Shown here: positions 29,410-39,483 of the stretch, in pieces
Layout: each line of letters begins with the position of its first letter
How positions within the stretch are numbered: the first letter of the stretch is position 1
Source: an uncultured Collinsella sp.
GTDB lineage: Bacteria; Actinomycetota; Coriobacteriia; Coriobacteriales; Coriobacteriaceae
NCBI GenBank assembly: GCA_938033205.1
Contig: CALHJP010000001.1
Span: forward strand, 73,978-137,977
Length of the DNA: 64,000 bases
Reading direction: 5' to 3'
Translations under genes and position numbers: made by a program
Notes under the pieces: model-generated
What the model was told of the DNA's origin: nothing
The model's input: only the letters and a program-made list of their open reading frames with translations
The model's database searches: none

Positions 29410-30564
29410 CTAGAAGCTACCGCGCTTCAGGAAGTCGGGAAGCTCGAACTGGTCGTTGCCAAAGTTGGGCAGCTCGGTACCACCGACGTTGCGGGTCGGA
29501 GCGGCCTGAGCCGGGCTGGCAGCCGGGGCGGTGCGCTGCGGCTCAGCGGAGGCAGCGGCCTTGCTCTGAGACTGCTGAGCAGCAAAGAGCTCATCCTGAC
29601 GGTTGACGTTGGAGTCGGAGAAGCCCGTAGCGATGACGGTGATACGCACCTGATCGCCCAGGGACTCGTCGACAACGGTACCGAAGATGATGTTGGCCTC
29701 GGGGTCGACGGCGTTGGCGACAACGTCGGCGGCGTCGCTGATCTCCTGGATGCCCAGGTCCTTGGAACCGGCGATGGAGAGCAGCACGCGCGTGGCACCA
29801 TCGATGGAGCTCTCGAGCAGCGGGCTGGAGATGGCCTGCTGGGCAGCGTCGACGGCACGAGTATCCCCAGAAGAGGTACCGATACCCATCATGGCGGTAC
29901 CGGCCTGCTTCATGATGGTCTTAACATCGGCGAAGTCCAGGTTGATGATACCGGGGACGGTGATGAGGTCGGTGATGCCCTGGGTGCCCTGGGAAAGGAC
30001 GCCATCGGCAATCGCGAAGGCCTCGAGCATGGTGGTCTTCTTCTCGGCGATGTCGAGCAGCTTATCGTTAGGAATGACGATCATGGTGTCGACGCAATCG
30101 GAGAGGGTCTTGATGCCCTCCTCGGCGCTCTTCTTACGCTTGCGGCCCTCGAAGGTGAAGGGCTTGGTCACGACGGCGACGGTCAGTGCGCCGACCTCGT
30201 TCATCGCGATATCGGCAACGATGGGAGCAGCGCCGGTACCGGTGCCGCCGCCCTCGCCGCAGGTGATAAACACCATGTCGGCGCCAGCGAGCGCCTCGGC
30301 GATGTCGTCGCGGGACTCATCGGCAGCCTTGCGGCCAACCTCGGGATTGGCGCCGGCGCCCAGGCCGCGGGTAAGGTCGGTGCCGATGTGCACCTTGATA
30401 TCGGCATCAGAGATCGCGAGTGCCTGAGCATCGGTGTTGATGGCAACAAACTCGACGCCGCGGATGCCCTCTTCGATCATTCGATTGACCGCGTTGGTAC
30501 CGCCGCCGCCGACGCCGACCACCTTAATGACGGCAAGGTAGTTGTTGATCTCTGTCTCGTGCAT
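29410..30564 (-). CDS. ftsZ: Cell-division GTPase FtsZ
   Basis: [10 protein letters not shown], tubulin-signature GGGTGTG, T7 loop NLDFAD; start at MHETEINNY preceded by GGAGGA. Confidence 0.95.
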   Translation of the reverse strand: MHETEINNYLAVIKVVGVGGGGTNAVNRMIEEGIRGVEFVAINTDAQALAISDADIKVHIGTDLTRGLGAGANPEVGRKAADESRDDIAEALAGADMVFITCGEGGGTGTGAAPIVADIAMNEVGALTVAVVTKPFTFEGRKRKKSAEEGIKTLSDCVDTMIVIPNDKLLDIAEKKTTMLEAFAIADGVLSQGTQGITDLITVPGIINLDFADVKTIMKQAGTAMMGIGTSSGDTRAVDAAQQAISSPLLESSIDGATRVLLSIAGSKDLGIQEISDAADVVANAVDPEANIIFGTVVDESLGDQVRITVIATGFSDSNVNRQDELFAAQQSQSKAAASAEPQRTAPAASPAQAAPTRNVGGTELPNFGNDQFELPDFLKRGSF

Positions 30565-30763
30565 GTCGGTCCTCCGAACAAAGGTTATAGCCATAGCATG
30601 GGTCGACCCCTGCGCACATTAACCTTCAGGTTGAAAGTAAATGCAAAGGTAAACCGTATTATGTTTGCACATTATGAACGTATCAGTCAAATAATTGACC
30701 GTGAAAACCAAACAAACCAGATAAACGGCGTGGTATGGCCCCTCAACAAAGCATCAACAAGCG

Positions 30764-32020
30764 CTACGAGGTCGGAGCATTCCTAAATGTGTAGTTGCCC
30801 GGAGAGCGCACATTGATATACGTTACGCCCTCTACCTGCGAAAGCAACTTGGTGACTACGCGTTCCTTCTTGGCGATATCGTCCGAATCGCCCAGCGACA
30901 CCTCAATGCCGTTATTGAGGTTTGCCGAGATGGCTTCGACCGAAGGCGTGGAAATATCCTTGACTTGTCCCAAGAACTCGCTCGAAAAACCACGCACATA
31001 ATCCAGGCCGGCCTTAACGGCTTTGGAGTTCACCGCCTGGCCGGAAACCGGAGCGACATCCGCCGAGACATCAGTCAATAACACCGCGCCATAATGCTTG
31101 GCGAGCGCCAGCGCGGCATCGATTCCGGTCAAGGTATTTGAGCCCTGCCCTGTCGTGATGACGTTGCCCTGGTCGTCCACTTCGACCGACGTCGACAGCG
31201 GGGCGATCCAGGTGTCATCGTCTCCGATAGCCCAGGCAAGGTCGTCGGAGCTGATATACGCAATGGCGATAACTTTACGCTCCGTCGGCGTGATGATAAG
31301 CGTATGGGGAAACTGGCGCTGGACATCCACGCCCGAAACCCACGGGTTCTGCTTGAGATCCTCGGTAATCTGGTCGGGATCGACGTTAAAAAGCGACGTT
31401 CCCTCGGGCAAGTCGATCAGCTGGATAGCATCGTGCTTCGTCACATGCTCGCTGCCTTGAATCTGAATATCAGTGGCAGTAAACAGTCCAGAGTTGATCA
31501 CCACGATGGCAAGGACGACGAGCACGGCCAAGACGGCCAGAACGCCGCCCACGATTTTGCCTTTGCCTGTAACGACAGAAGCGGCATCTGATGTTTTATT
31601 TGCCATCGCTCCAAGTGAAGATAACGGGTTGAAACCTTTTTTACTCGAAGGCTTCTTGGCGGTAGCCGGCACCGATGTCAGCGAGCGCGGTTTCGATGCG
31701 CCCAGCGTGAGACCTGGACGCGCCGCTTTAGTTCCCGTCGAGGGCTTGGGAGCTGCCATGGGACGGGCAGGCTTGGCGCCCATAACAGGCTTTGACGTCA
31801 CCGAGGGACGCGAGGACTTTTTTGCGGCCGGACGATTACCGAGCTGCGAGCCGACGACCGGACGACTGGTCTGTCGAGCATGCCCGACAGACTTAGAGTG
31901 CGCGACGGTATTGCGTTGAGGTTTGGCAGGCGCGCCGGAACGCCCTCCGGCGCGGCGGAAGGTGGGTTTCGATGCTCTAGAAGCCGAGGAATTTAACTTC
32001 CGGTCTGAGCTCGATGCCAT
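30764..32020 (-). CDS. ftsQ: Cell-division protein FtsQ/DivIB with long basic disordered N-terminus
   Basis: A single transmembrane segment (IVGGVLAVLAVLVVLAIVVI) followed by a POTRA-like region; about 145 N-terminal residues are rich in K/R/S/P; the first ATG overlaps the murB end by 44 nt. Confidence 0.75.
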   Translation of the reverse strand: MASSSDRKLNSSASRASKPTFRRAGGRSGAPAKPQRNTVAHSKSVGHARQTSRPVVGSQLGNRPAAKKSSRPSVTSKPVMGAKPARPMAAPKPSTGTKAARPGLTLGASKPRSLTSVPATAKKPSSKKGFNPLSSLGAMANKTSDAASVVTGKGKIVGGVLAVLAVLVVLAIVVINSGLFTATDIQIQGSEHVTKHDAIQLIDLPEGTSLFNVDPDQITEDLKQNPWVSGVDVQRQFPHTLIITPTERKVIAIAYISSDDLAWAIGDDDTWIAPLSTSVEVDDQGNVITTGQGSNTLTGIDAALALAKHYGAVLLTDVSADVAPVSGQAVNSKAVKAGLDYVRGFSSEFLGQVKDISTPSVEAISANLNNGIEVSLGDSDDIAKKERVVTKLLSQVEGVTYINVRSPGNYTFRNAPTS

Positions 32021-32888
32021 ACGCCTCCCTCACCTTTCCGTGCACATGTCTGATAACCGCGGCAACGTCATCGGCCGAGGCAGTTCCGTTATTAACGATA
32101 AAATTAGCGTGAACGGGCGAAACTTCCGCGCCGCCAATCGAAAAACCCTTTAATCCACAATCCTCGATAAGCTTGCCCACACTCGCATCGGGCGGGTTGC
32201 GAAAGACAGACCCGCAGGATGCGCGACCCATGGGCTGCGTACGCTTGCGCCTTGTAAGGTACCGCTCCATGCGCTCGCGAATGTCGGCCTTGGGCGCCGG
32301 TTTAAGCTTGAGCACGCACTCGAGGATGATCTCATTGCGGGGAAGGCTACATTCGCGGTAGCCCCAAGAGATCTCGGACCCCGCATAATGCTTGATACCG
32401 GATGCCGGGTCAAACGTTACGACATCCTCAACCAGCGAGCCAATCCACTCGGTCCGCGTGCCGGCATTCATAGATATCGCACCGCCGACCGAACCAGGAA
32501 TGCCAACGGCAAACTCAAGGCCCGAGAGGCTACGCGACAGGGCATCGTTGACCAGGCGCGCAAACATCACGCCCGCACCGACCGTCAGCGTACAACCGTC
32601 ATCGGCAACAACCGTGCGCTGGAACTCACGTCCGAGCGAAATGACGGCACCGCGATAACCGCCATCGGCAACCAGCAGATTGGAGCCCTTGCCGATGATG
32701 ACCCACGGCACCTGCTCGCGATCGAGCACCGCCACGGCGCGGCGGAGGGCATGATAGCTATGGCACGTCACAAAGAGGTCGGCCTTGCCGCCGATACGAT
32801 AGCTCGTATGACGCGCAAGGCGCTCGTCCTCGATCACATCCGTGTCGATCATGCCCGAGAGCGCCATGACGGCGTTAAACAGACCCAT
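31977..32888 (-). CDS. murB: UDP-N-acetylenolpyruvoylglucosamine reductase
   Basis: FAD-binding ...RIGGKADLFV... and C-terminal MurB motifs ...RKRTQPMGRASCGSVFRNP... Confidence 0.9.
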   Translation of the reverse strand: MGLFNAVMALSGMIDTDVIEDERLARHTSYRIGGKADLFVTCHSYHALRRAVAVLDREQVPWVIIGKGSNLLVADGGYRGAVISLGREFQRTVVADDGCTLTVGAGVMFARLVNDALSRSLSGLEFAVGIPGSVGGAISMNAGTRTEWIGSLVEDVVTFDPASGIKHYAGSEISWGYRECSLPRNEIILECVLKLKPAPKADIRERMERYLTRRKRTQPMGRASCGSVFRNPPDASVGKLIEDCGLKGFSIGGAEVSPVHANFIVNNGTASADDVAAVIRHVHGKVREAYGIELRPEVKFLGF

Positions 32889-32893
32889 TAGAC

Positions 32894-34312
32894 TTAAGCG
32901 TCTTTCTTGGCAGTCAGATACTCAATGAACTCGGGACCGACGGTCGTAACGTCGCCGGCACCCATGGTGAGCAGCAGGTCGCCCTCGCCCACCATCTGCT
33001 CGAGCTCCTGATTGAGCTCAAGACGGCTGGAGCAGTACACGACCTCCTTGCCAGGATGCTTGGCGCGCACGGTATCGGCGAGCATCTTAGAGGTGACACC
33101 CGGAATGGGCATCTCGCCAGCCGAGAACACATCAATCAGCAGCAGTTTATCGGCATTGGCAAATGCATCGGCAAAGTCGTCGCACAGGGCCTGCAGGCGC
33201 GAATAGCGGTGCGGCTGGAACACGACGTCGACGTGCTTGTAACCCAGCGACGAAGCGGCAGCAAGCGTCGCCTTGATCTCGGTGGGGTGATGGCCGTAAT
33301 CATCGACCACGGTGATGCCATCGATATCGCCCACGTGGGTAAAGCGACGGCGGACGCCCTCAAAGCTCGAGAGCGCCTTGGCGGCGGCGTCGATGTCAAG
33401 GCCCAGGACATGGGCGACGGTGAGCACCGCCGTGGCGTTGAGCATGTTGTGGCGACCGGGATTGCTCTTGATCTCCACAGCGCGCTCAGTGCCGTCCTCA
33501 AAGCGAACGATAAAGTCACTCTGGATGCCCTTGACATCCGGGTGCATGCAGACGATGTCGTTGCTCTCGGCAAAGCCGTAGGAAAGCACGTGACGGCCCG
33601 TCGACTTGGCGAGCTCGACCAGATGCGGGTCCTCACCGCAGACGATGACGGTGCCGTCCTCGCCCACCAGGCTCATGAATTTGGCGAAAGTTGCCTCGAT
33701 CTCCTCGATACCCGAGTAGTGATCGAGGTGGTCGGCCTCGACGTTGGTCACAATGACTACGTTGGGGTTCAGGAACAGGAAGGAGCTGTCGGACTCGTCG
33801 GCCTCGGCGACAAAGTAGTCGCCCGAGCCGTTCTTGCCGTTCGTGTCATAGCCCTCGACGATGCCACCGATCAGGAAGCTCGGATCCAGACCCATGCGGT
33901 CGAGCATGGTGGCACACATCGAAGACGTGGTGGTCTTGCCATGCGTGCCGGCAACAGCGACGGTGGTGTAGCCGTGGCCCAAAGCAGAGAGCATCTTGGC
34001 ACGGGGCCACACGGGAATACCAAGCTCGCGAGCGCGCACGAGTTCAGGGTTGGACTCCGGAATAGCGGTGGAGACAACAACCACGTCGGGCTTGACCTCG
34101 TCGATCGTGGCGGCCTCATGGCCCACATGCACCTTCACACCAGCGCGGGTAAGCTGGCGGATATAACGTGACGTCTTAAGGTCGGAGCCGGTAACGGCAT
34201 AACCGCGCTCGTGCAGAACAAGGGCGATGCCGCTCATGCCGGCGCCGCCGATACCGATAAAGTGGGCGCTCTTAAACTCGGGCGCGGAGGTTGCAGTCTG
34301 GGAATCAGCCAT
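32894..34312 (-). CDS. murC: UDP-N-acetylmuramate--L-alanine ligase
   Basis: HFIGIGGAGMSGIA..., VAGTHGKTTTSSM (P-loop), Mur ligase C-terminal domain. Confidence 0.95.
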   Translation of the reverse strand: MADSQTATSAPEFKSAHFIGIGGAGMSGIALVLHERGYAVTGSDLKTSRYIRQLTRAGVKVHVGHEAATIDEVKPDVVVVSTAIPESNPELVRARELGIPVWPRAKMLSALGHGYTTVAVAGTHGKTTTSSMCATMLDRMGLDPSFLIGGIVEGYDTNGKNGSGDYFVAEADESDSSFLFLNPNVVIVTNVEADHLDHYSGIEEIEATFAKFMSLVGEDGTVIVCGEDPHLVELAKSTGRHVLSYGFAESNDIVCMHPDVKGIQSDFIVRFEDGTERAVEIKSNPGRHNMLNATAVLTVAHVLGLDIDAAAKALSSFEGVRRRFTHVGDIDGITVVDDYGHHPTEIKATLAAASSLGYKHVDVVFQPHRYSRLQALCDDFADAFANADKLLLIDVFSAGEMPIPGVTSKMLADTVRAKHPGKEVVYCSSRLELNQELEQMVGEGDLLLTMGAGDVTTVGPEFIEYLTAKKDA

Positions 34313-34409
34313 GTGCTCGTGTACTCCTTGCGTAAACACTGCCTGTAACCCGTTAACTGTACCGCACCTACCGCATCAGCGCGAGGGCGACCGAAGATAT
34401 CCCGTCTAA

Positions 34410-35525
34410 CTAACGCAAACCCTCTACCGCATCCGCCAGAAGAGCGGCGGCTCTATCCTGAGCCAGACCACGCGCCGCCTGACGCATGGCGTCGCGCGCC
34501 GCCGCGTCATCGACCAGGTGCAGCAGCTCATCGGCAAAGGCAGAACCGTCGATATCGGCATCGGCGCAGAGCACGCCGGCCCCGGCGTCGACCAGATAAC
34601 GAGCATTGGTGGTTTGGTGGTCGGCCGTCGCATGCGGATACGGCACGAGCACCGAGGGCACGGCGAGCGCAGCGATCTCGGCCACGCTCGATGCACCCGA
34701 ACGCGAGAGCACCAAATCGGCAGCAGCCAGCATATCGCCCATGTTGTCGATGTAAGGCTGGACGCGGTAACGCTTCGCCTCCTCGGGCGTCAGCGCCAAA
34801 GCGCGCTCGGTCTCCTCAAAGCCGTCGGCACCCGTCGAATGCAACACATAGAGGTTCTTGCGCGAAAGCAGCTCATTTTTGAGCGAAGTCACGCGCTCGT
34901 TGAGGTGCTGGGCGCCAAGTGAACCGCCAAAGACGAGCAGCAGCGTAGCGTCCTCGGGAACGCCAAGTGCCTTGCGGCCACGAGCGCGATCGCCCTCGAT
35001 CACCGAGCGACGTACGGGGTTGCCGGTCATGAGCACGTGGTCAGGGTCACCTTCGCGCTCAAAGACCGAACGCGCTGCCGGCACCGAGATGCACACGCGG
35101 GCGGCGTGGGAGTTCATCATCTTGTTGGCCAGGCCCGGAACAGAGTTCTGCTCATGCAGCAGATACGGAACGCCTGCGCCCTTGCACCACCCCAGCAGCG
35201 GAACCTCGACATAGGCACCAAAACCGATGGCGGCATCGGGCTTGCCGACCTTTGAGAAATGATTGGCGAGCGCACGCTTGGCCTTATTGACACGCCACAG
35301 CGAGGTCAGCGCCGTCCAAGGACGGGAGCGGTCGAAGCCCGTGACCGTAATGGGCACAAAATCAAACCCAGCCTCGGGGACCAAACGACCCTCGAGCTTG
35401 CGCGACTGGCCCACGAACACAACGTGGTGGCCACGGTCACGCAGTTCTTCGGCCAAGGCGAGCGCGGGGTTGATGTGTCCTGCCGTGCCGCCGGCTGCAA
35501 TAGCAACGGTCATTTTATCGGTCAT
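34410..35525 (-). CDS. murG: UDP-N-acetylglucosamine--N-acetylmuramyl-(pentapeptide) pyrophosphoryl-undecaprenol GlcNAc transferase
   Basis: AAGGTAGHINPALALAEEL... and GT28 C-terminal domain ...GGSLGA... Confidence 0.9.
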   Translation of the reverse strand: MTDKMTVAIAAGGTAGHINPALALAEELRDRGHHVVFVGQSRKLEGRLVPEAGFDFVPITVTGFDRSRPWTALTSLWRVNKAKRALANHFSKVGKPDAAIGFGAYVEVPLLGWCKGAGVPYLLHEQNSVPGLANKMMNSHAARVCISVPAARSVFEREGDPDHVLMTGNPVRRSVIEGDRARGRKALGVPEDATLLLVFGGSLGAQHLNERVTSLKNELLSRKNLYVLHSTGADGFEETERALALTPEEAKRYRVQPYIDNMGDMLAAADLVLSRSGASSVAEIAALAVPSVLVPYPHATADHQTTNARYLVDAGAGVLCADADIDGSAFADELLHLVDDAAARDAMRQAARGLAQDRAAALLADAVEGLR

Positions 35526-37041
35526 GGTAGTCCCTTCGTACACGCGGTCCCTGGTCGTCGGTGCGCAGACGCGCCGACGGGTCCGAGTTCAAATCGATTC
35601 GATTATATCCGCCGCCCGCGCTGCGAGGGCTGGGGCGCTGAGGACGACCTTGCGGAGCCGTCCGCGGACGTGGACGAGCTGCCGGCTCGGATGTAGAACC
35701 ATCCAGAACGGTAAAGCCGCTACGCGAAGGTCGTTCACCGCGCACATGGGCTACGCCGGCGGTACTCTCATCCATAACGGCAAAGCTCTCGCGGCGACGG
35801 TCGTACTCATCGCGACGGGCGCTCTCGTACGAAACGCGCAGGATCAGACCGGCAAGCATAAGCGACACAATAATCGATGAACCGCCGTAGCTAATAAACG
35901 GCAACGGTTTGCCCGTCATGGGAAACACGTTGAGGATGCCCAGCGCGTTAATCAAAAACTGCACCGCGAGAATGACCGCGGAGCCAGACGCCATAAGCGC
36001 GCCCCGACGATCGGTCGCCTGCTCGGCAATGCGAAACGCCGAGTAGATCAGCATCGCAAACACCAAGAAGAACAGCACGGTTCCGACAAAGCCGACTTCC
36101 TCGCCAATGATGGCCAGGATGTAGTCATTGTGCGCCTCGGGCAGATACGAGTACTTCATGGTTGAGTTGCCGATGCCACGGCCGAACAGACCGCCCGAGG
36201 CAAAGGCCATGATGGCAAGCGTGGCCTGATAGCCGTCACCATACTCGTCAGCCCAAGGGTTCAAGGCAACCTGAATACGCACCATACGGTACGGCTCTGC
36301 GACAAGTGCAATCACGATCACGAGAATGCCGAAGATTAGCACGCCGATGATAAATCTGGGGTCGAGACCCGCAAACAACGCCATGCACATGAGGGTCAAC
36401 AGGATGATCAGGACAGTACCGAAATCGGGCTGGATAAAGATCAGAAAGAGCGAAATACCCAGGTAGATGCCCATCTTGCGAAGGAATTCGTTGATGTTGC
36501 CACCGGGCGAAAAGAAGCGATCAAGCATGATGGCCGAATACGCAATGGCAAATGGCTTTAAAAACTCGGAAGGCTGGAACTGAATACCGGCGATGTTGAG
36601 CCAGCGCGTGGCGCCACGGCTGCCGCTGCCCACCAAGAACACCAGAAACAGTAGCCCTATCATGCCGATAAGGAAGATCCTAAGCACATCCTCCCCAAAC
36701 CAGCTGTCCGGCAAAACGCGCACGATGGCAATCAGCGCCAGAACACCAACCACGGCAAACGCGGCCTGTCGACCCAGGAAAAACGTCGCCGAGCCATTCT
36801 CGTGCAGCGCCTCGACCGAAGACGCCGAGTACACCATCAGCAGACCAAAGCACACCAAAGTAAACAGGCAGGCCATAAATATCAGACGGGGGCGCATGAT
36901 GCGGGCGGGAACGCCGGCAATATAGCGTTCGCTAAACGACTGCCTGCCACGACCGGAACGCGGTGTGCTGCGCCGCGAGGAAGCACGGTCCGAGTCGGGC
37001 CTCCTCATACCTTGTCGGGGGCTCTCCTCTCTCACCGGCAA
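35515..37041 (-). CDS. ftsW: SEDS-family peptidoglycan glycosyltransferase FtsW with disordered C-terminal extension
   Basis: Ten transmembrane segments, ...YLPEAHNDYILAIIGEE..., ...PFISYGGSS...; about 110 C-terminal residues rich in R/P/S. Confidence 0.9.
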   Translation of the reverse strand: MPVREESPRQGMRRPDSDRASSRRSTPRSGRGRQSFSERYIAGVPARIMRPRLIFMACLFTLVCFGLLMVYSASSVEALHENGSATFFLGRQAAFAVVGVLALIAIVRVLPDSWFGEDVLRIFLIGMIGLLFLVFLVGSGSRGATRWLNIAGIQFQPSEFLKPFAIAYSAIMLDRFFSPGGNINEFLRKMGIYLGISLFLIFIQPDFGTVLIILLTLMCMALFAGLDPRFIIGVLIFGILVIVIALVAEPYRMVRIQVALNPWADEYGDGYQATLAIMAFASGGLFGRGIGNSTMKYSYLPEAHNDYILAIIGEEVGFVGTVLFFLVFAMLIYSAFRIAEQATDRRGALMASGSAVILAVQFLINALGILNVFPMTGKPLPFISYGGSSIIVSLMLAGLILRVSYESARRDEYDRRRESFAVMDESTAGVAHVRGERPSRSGFTVLDGSTSEPAARPRPRTAPQGRPQRPSPRSAGGGYNRIDLNSDPSARLRTDDQGPRVRRDYHDR

Positions 37042-37044
37042 CCC

Positions 37045-38451
37045 CTATTCCATTTGCGATTTCGCTGCAGCGGCAAGCTGAGCCACGTAGTCCTTAAACA
37101 CGCGGCCGCGCTCCTCATAGCCCGAGAACTCATCGAACGAAGAGCAGGCAGGAGAAAGTAAGATCACGTCGCCACGGCTCGACAGCGAACGGGCAACGTC
37201 CACGGCATCGCGTAGGTCATCCGCCTGGGCGATATCCACATCGCCATCGACATCGGCCTCGTCCATAGCGGCGGTGAAGCGCTCGCGCGCATCGCCAAAG
37301 CAGACGACCGAGCGCACGTTATCCATAACAACGCGCGCGAAGTCCGTGAGCGGCGTGCCCTTATCGTGGCCGCCGAGCAGCAAGATCACGTCGTCATCGG
37401 GAAATGCCGTCAGCGCCTTCTCGACCGCGTCGGTGTTGGTCGCCTTGGAATCGTTGACGTAGCGCACACCGTCAATCTCGCCGCACGGCTCCACGCGATG
37501 CTCGAGCGGCTGGAACGAGGCCAGACCGCGGCGGACACCATCGACATCGGCACCGACGGCCAGAGCAGCCGTGGCGGCACATAAGGCATTGATGACATTG
37601 TGATGGCCCGAGATCTTGAGCTCGGACGTGGCGACAAGCTGGGTCTCGACGCCCTTCAGGCGCACGACCATTTTGCCGTCGCGCACAAAGGCGGCGTCTG
37701 CACCCTCGGGCTCGTCAAAAGCGACCTTGCAGATGCGGCGACCCGGCGTATAGATGTACTCATCGAACTCGTGAATGCCAGCGTCTTCGACGTCGACAAC
37801 CACCAGATCGTCATCGCCCATATTGTCAAACAGCTTGATCTTGGCAAGCGCATAGTTCTTATGGCTCTTATGCCAGCCCAAGTGGTCGGGAGTGATGTTG
37901 AGCAGCACTGCCACGCGAGGGTGGAGCTCGGTGGTCGTAGCAATCTGATAGCTCGAGAGCTCAGCCACAAACCACTCGTTGTGGGCTCGGCCGTCAATCT
38001 CGTTGACCGGCGGCTCGCCGATGTTGCCGACAGCTACGCTGGCCTCGCCGGCAGCCTTGAGCAGATAATCAGTCAGCGACGTGGTGGTCGTCTTACCGTT
38101 GGTGCCCGTGATGGCAATCCAGTTATCGGGCGACAGGCGATAGGCAAACTCTGGCTCACCCATAATCTGAGCGGCATGTTCGCGCCCGGCCTTAAAGAAG
38201 CCCGAGAACTCCGAGATGCCCGGGCACGTCACGCATACGTCATAGGCGCCCTCGACCTGTTCGGTCCCATAGACAAACGACGCACCAGCAGCCTCGAGCG
38301 CACGCGTGGCGTCATTGGGCTCAGAGGTGCCGCCGCCATACACGGTAACGGCGCTTACGCGCTCGGGATGTGCCAGCGCCCAGCGGGCGACATCGAGACC
38401 GGATTTGCCCTGACCCAAAACGAGCAGGCTAAAGACATCAGCAAGAGGCAT
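37045..38451 (-). CDS. murD: UDP-N-acetylmuramoylalanine--D-glutamate ligase
   Basis: ITGTNGKTTTTSL P-loop, Mur ligase middle and C-terminal domains. Confidence 0.9.
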   Translation of the reverse strand: MPLADVFSLLVLGQGKSGLDVARWALAHPERVSAVTVYGGGTSEPNDATRALEAAGASFVYGTEQVEGAYDVCVTCPGISEFSGFFKAGREHAAQIMGEPEFAYRLSPDNWIAITGTNGKTTTTSLTDYLLKAAGEASVAVGNIGEPPVNEIDGRAHNEWFVAELSSYQIATTTELHPRVAVLLNITPDHLGWHKSHKNYALAKIKLFDNMGDDDLVVVDVEDAGIHEFDEYIYTPGRRICKVAFDEPEGADAAFVRDGKMVVRLKGVETQLVATSELKISGHHNVINALCAATAALAVGADVDGVRRGLASFQPLEHRVEPCGEIDGVRYVNDSKATNTDAVEKALTAFPDDDVILLLGGHDKGTPLTDFARVVMDNVRSVVCFGDARERFTAAMDEADVDGDVDIAQADDLRDAVDVARSLSSRGDVILLSPACSSFDEFSGYEERGRVFKDYVAQLAAAAKSQME

Positions 38452-38460
38452 GAAAGACCA

Positions 38461-39480
38461 CTATCCCAACTGGAAGAACAGAGCAAGGCCAACGGCACCA
38501 AAGGCCGCAGCGATAATCCAAAAACGGATGACGACCTTGGTCTCGGCCCAGCCCTTCTTTTCGAAATGATGATGGATGGGCGCCATAAGGAAGACGCGCT
38601 TGTGCGTAAAATGGAAGTAGACAACCTGAATCATGACCGACAGGGTCTCAACGATAAACAGGCCGCCGATGATGAGGGAGACGACCTCGGTGTTGGTCAT
38701 GATGGACGTGCAGGCAAACGCGGCGCCCAGAGCAAGCGAGCCGGTATCGCCCATAAAGATGCTCGCCGGATAGCAGTTGAACCACAGAAAGCCCAAGCAG
38801 GCACCGGCACACGCGGTACAGAAGATGGACAGGTTCACGTCTCCGTGCAAAAACGCCATGGCAGCCATGGCGAGCATGGCGATCATGGAGGTGCCGCCAG
38901 CAAGACCGTCAAGGCCATCGGTCAGGTTCACGGCATTAGAAAGACCGGCAATCATCAGCCAGCAAAAGACAATATAGAGCCACGGGAACGAATAGCCGCA
39001 GATGGTGGTCGAAAGCACGCCAAGGTCGATCGTCAACCCACCGGGAAAACGAATCTCGGGGGCGACGCCGCACCAGTTGACGGCAAGTACCGTAAAGGTG
39101 ACACAGATAATGGTTAGGCCGATCATCTTGGCATGAGGCGTCAGACCGAGCGAGCGCCCATGCGTAACGGAGGTCAGGTCGTCGATCAGACCCAGCACGC
39201 CGGTCGCCAGCGTGGCGAGCAGCACGAGCACGAGCTCGGTGGTGAGCTTGCCCATCAGCAGGCAGGTCAGCGAGATCGCGATGAGGATGACAACGCCACC
39301 CATGGTGGGCGTTCCCTGCTTAACCAAATGACGCTTGGGGCCGTCGGCACGAACCTGCTGGCCGATACCCTCGACCTTGAGCAGCTTGATCCACCACGGC
39401 ATGAGCAGCAGCGCAATGGCGGCGGCGATGCCAAGCCCCAAAAAAGCCTGATACGTTGGATACGAGGGATTGCCGAACAT
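38461..39480 (-). CDS. mraY: Phospho-N-acetylmuramoyl-pentapeptide transferase
   Basis: ...KQGTPTMGG..., ...NAVNLTDGLDGLA..., ...MGDTGSLALG... are MraY signatures. Confidence 0.95.
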   Translation of the reverse strand: MFGNPSYPTYQAFLGLGIAAAIALLLMPWWIKLLKVEGIGQQVRADGPKRHLVKQGTPTMGGVVILIAISLTCLLMGKLTTELVLVLLATLATGVLGLIDDLTSVTHGRSLGLTPHAKMIGLTIICVTFTVLAVNWCGVAPEIRFPGGLTIDLGVLSTTICGYSFPWLYIVFCWLMIAGLSNAVNLTDGLDGLAGGTSMIAMLAMAAMAFLHGDVNLSIFCTACAGACLGFLWFNCYPASIFMGDTGSLALGAAFACTSIMTNTEVVSLIIGGLFIVETLSVMIQVVYFHFTHKRVFLMAPIHHHFEKKGWAETKVVIRFWIIAAAFGAVGLALFFQLG

Positions 39481-39483
39481 GGG

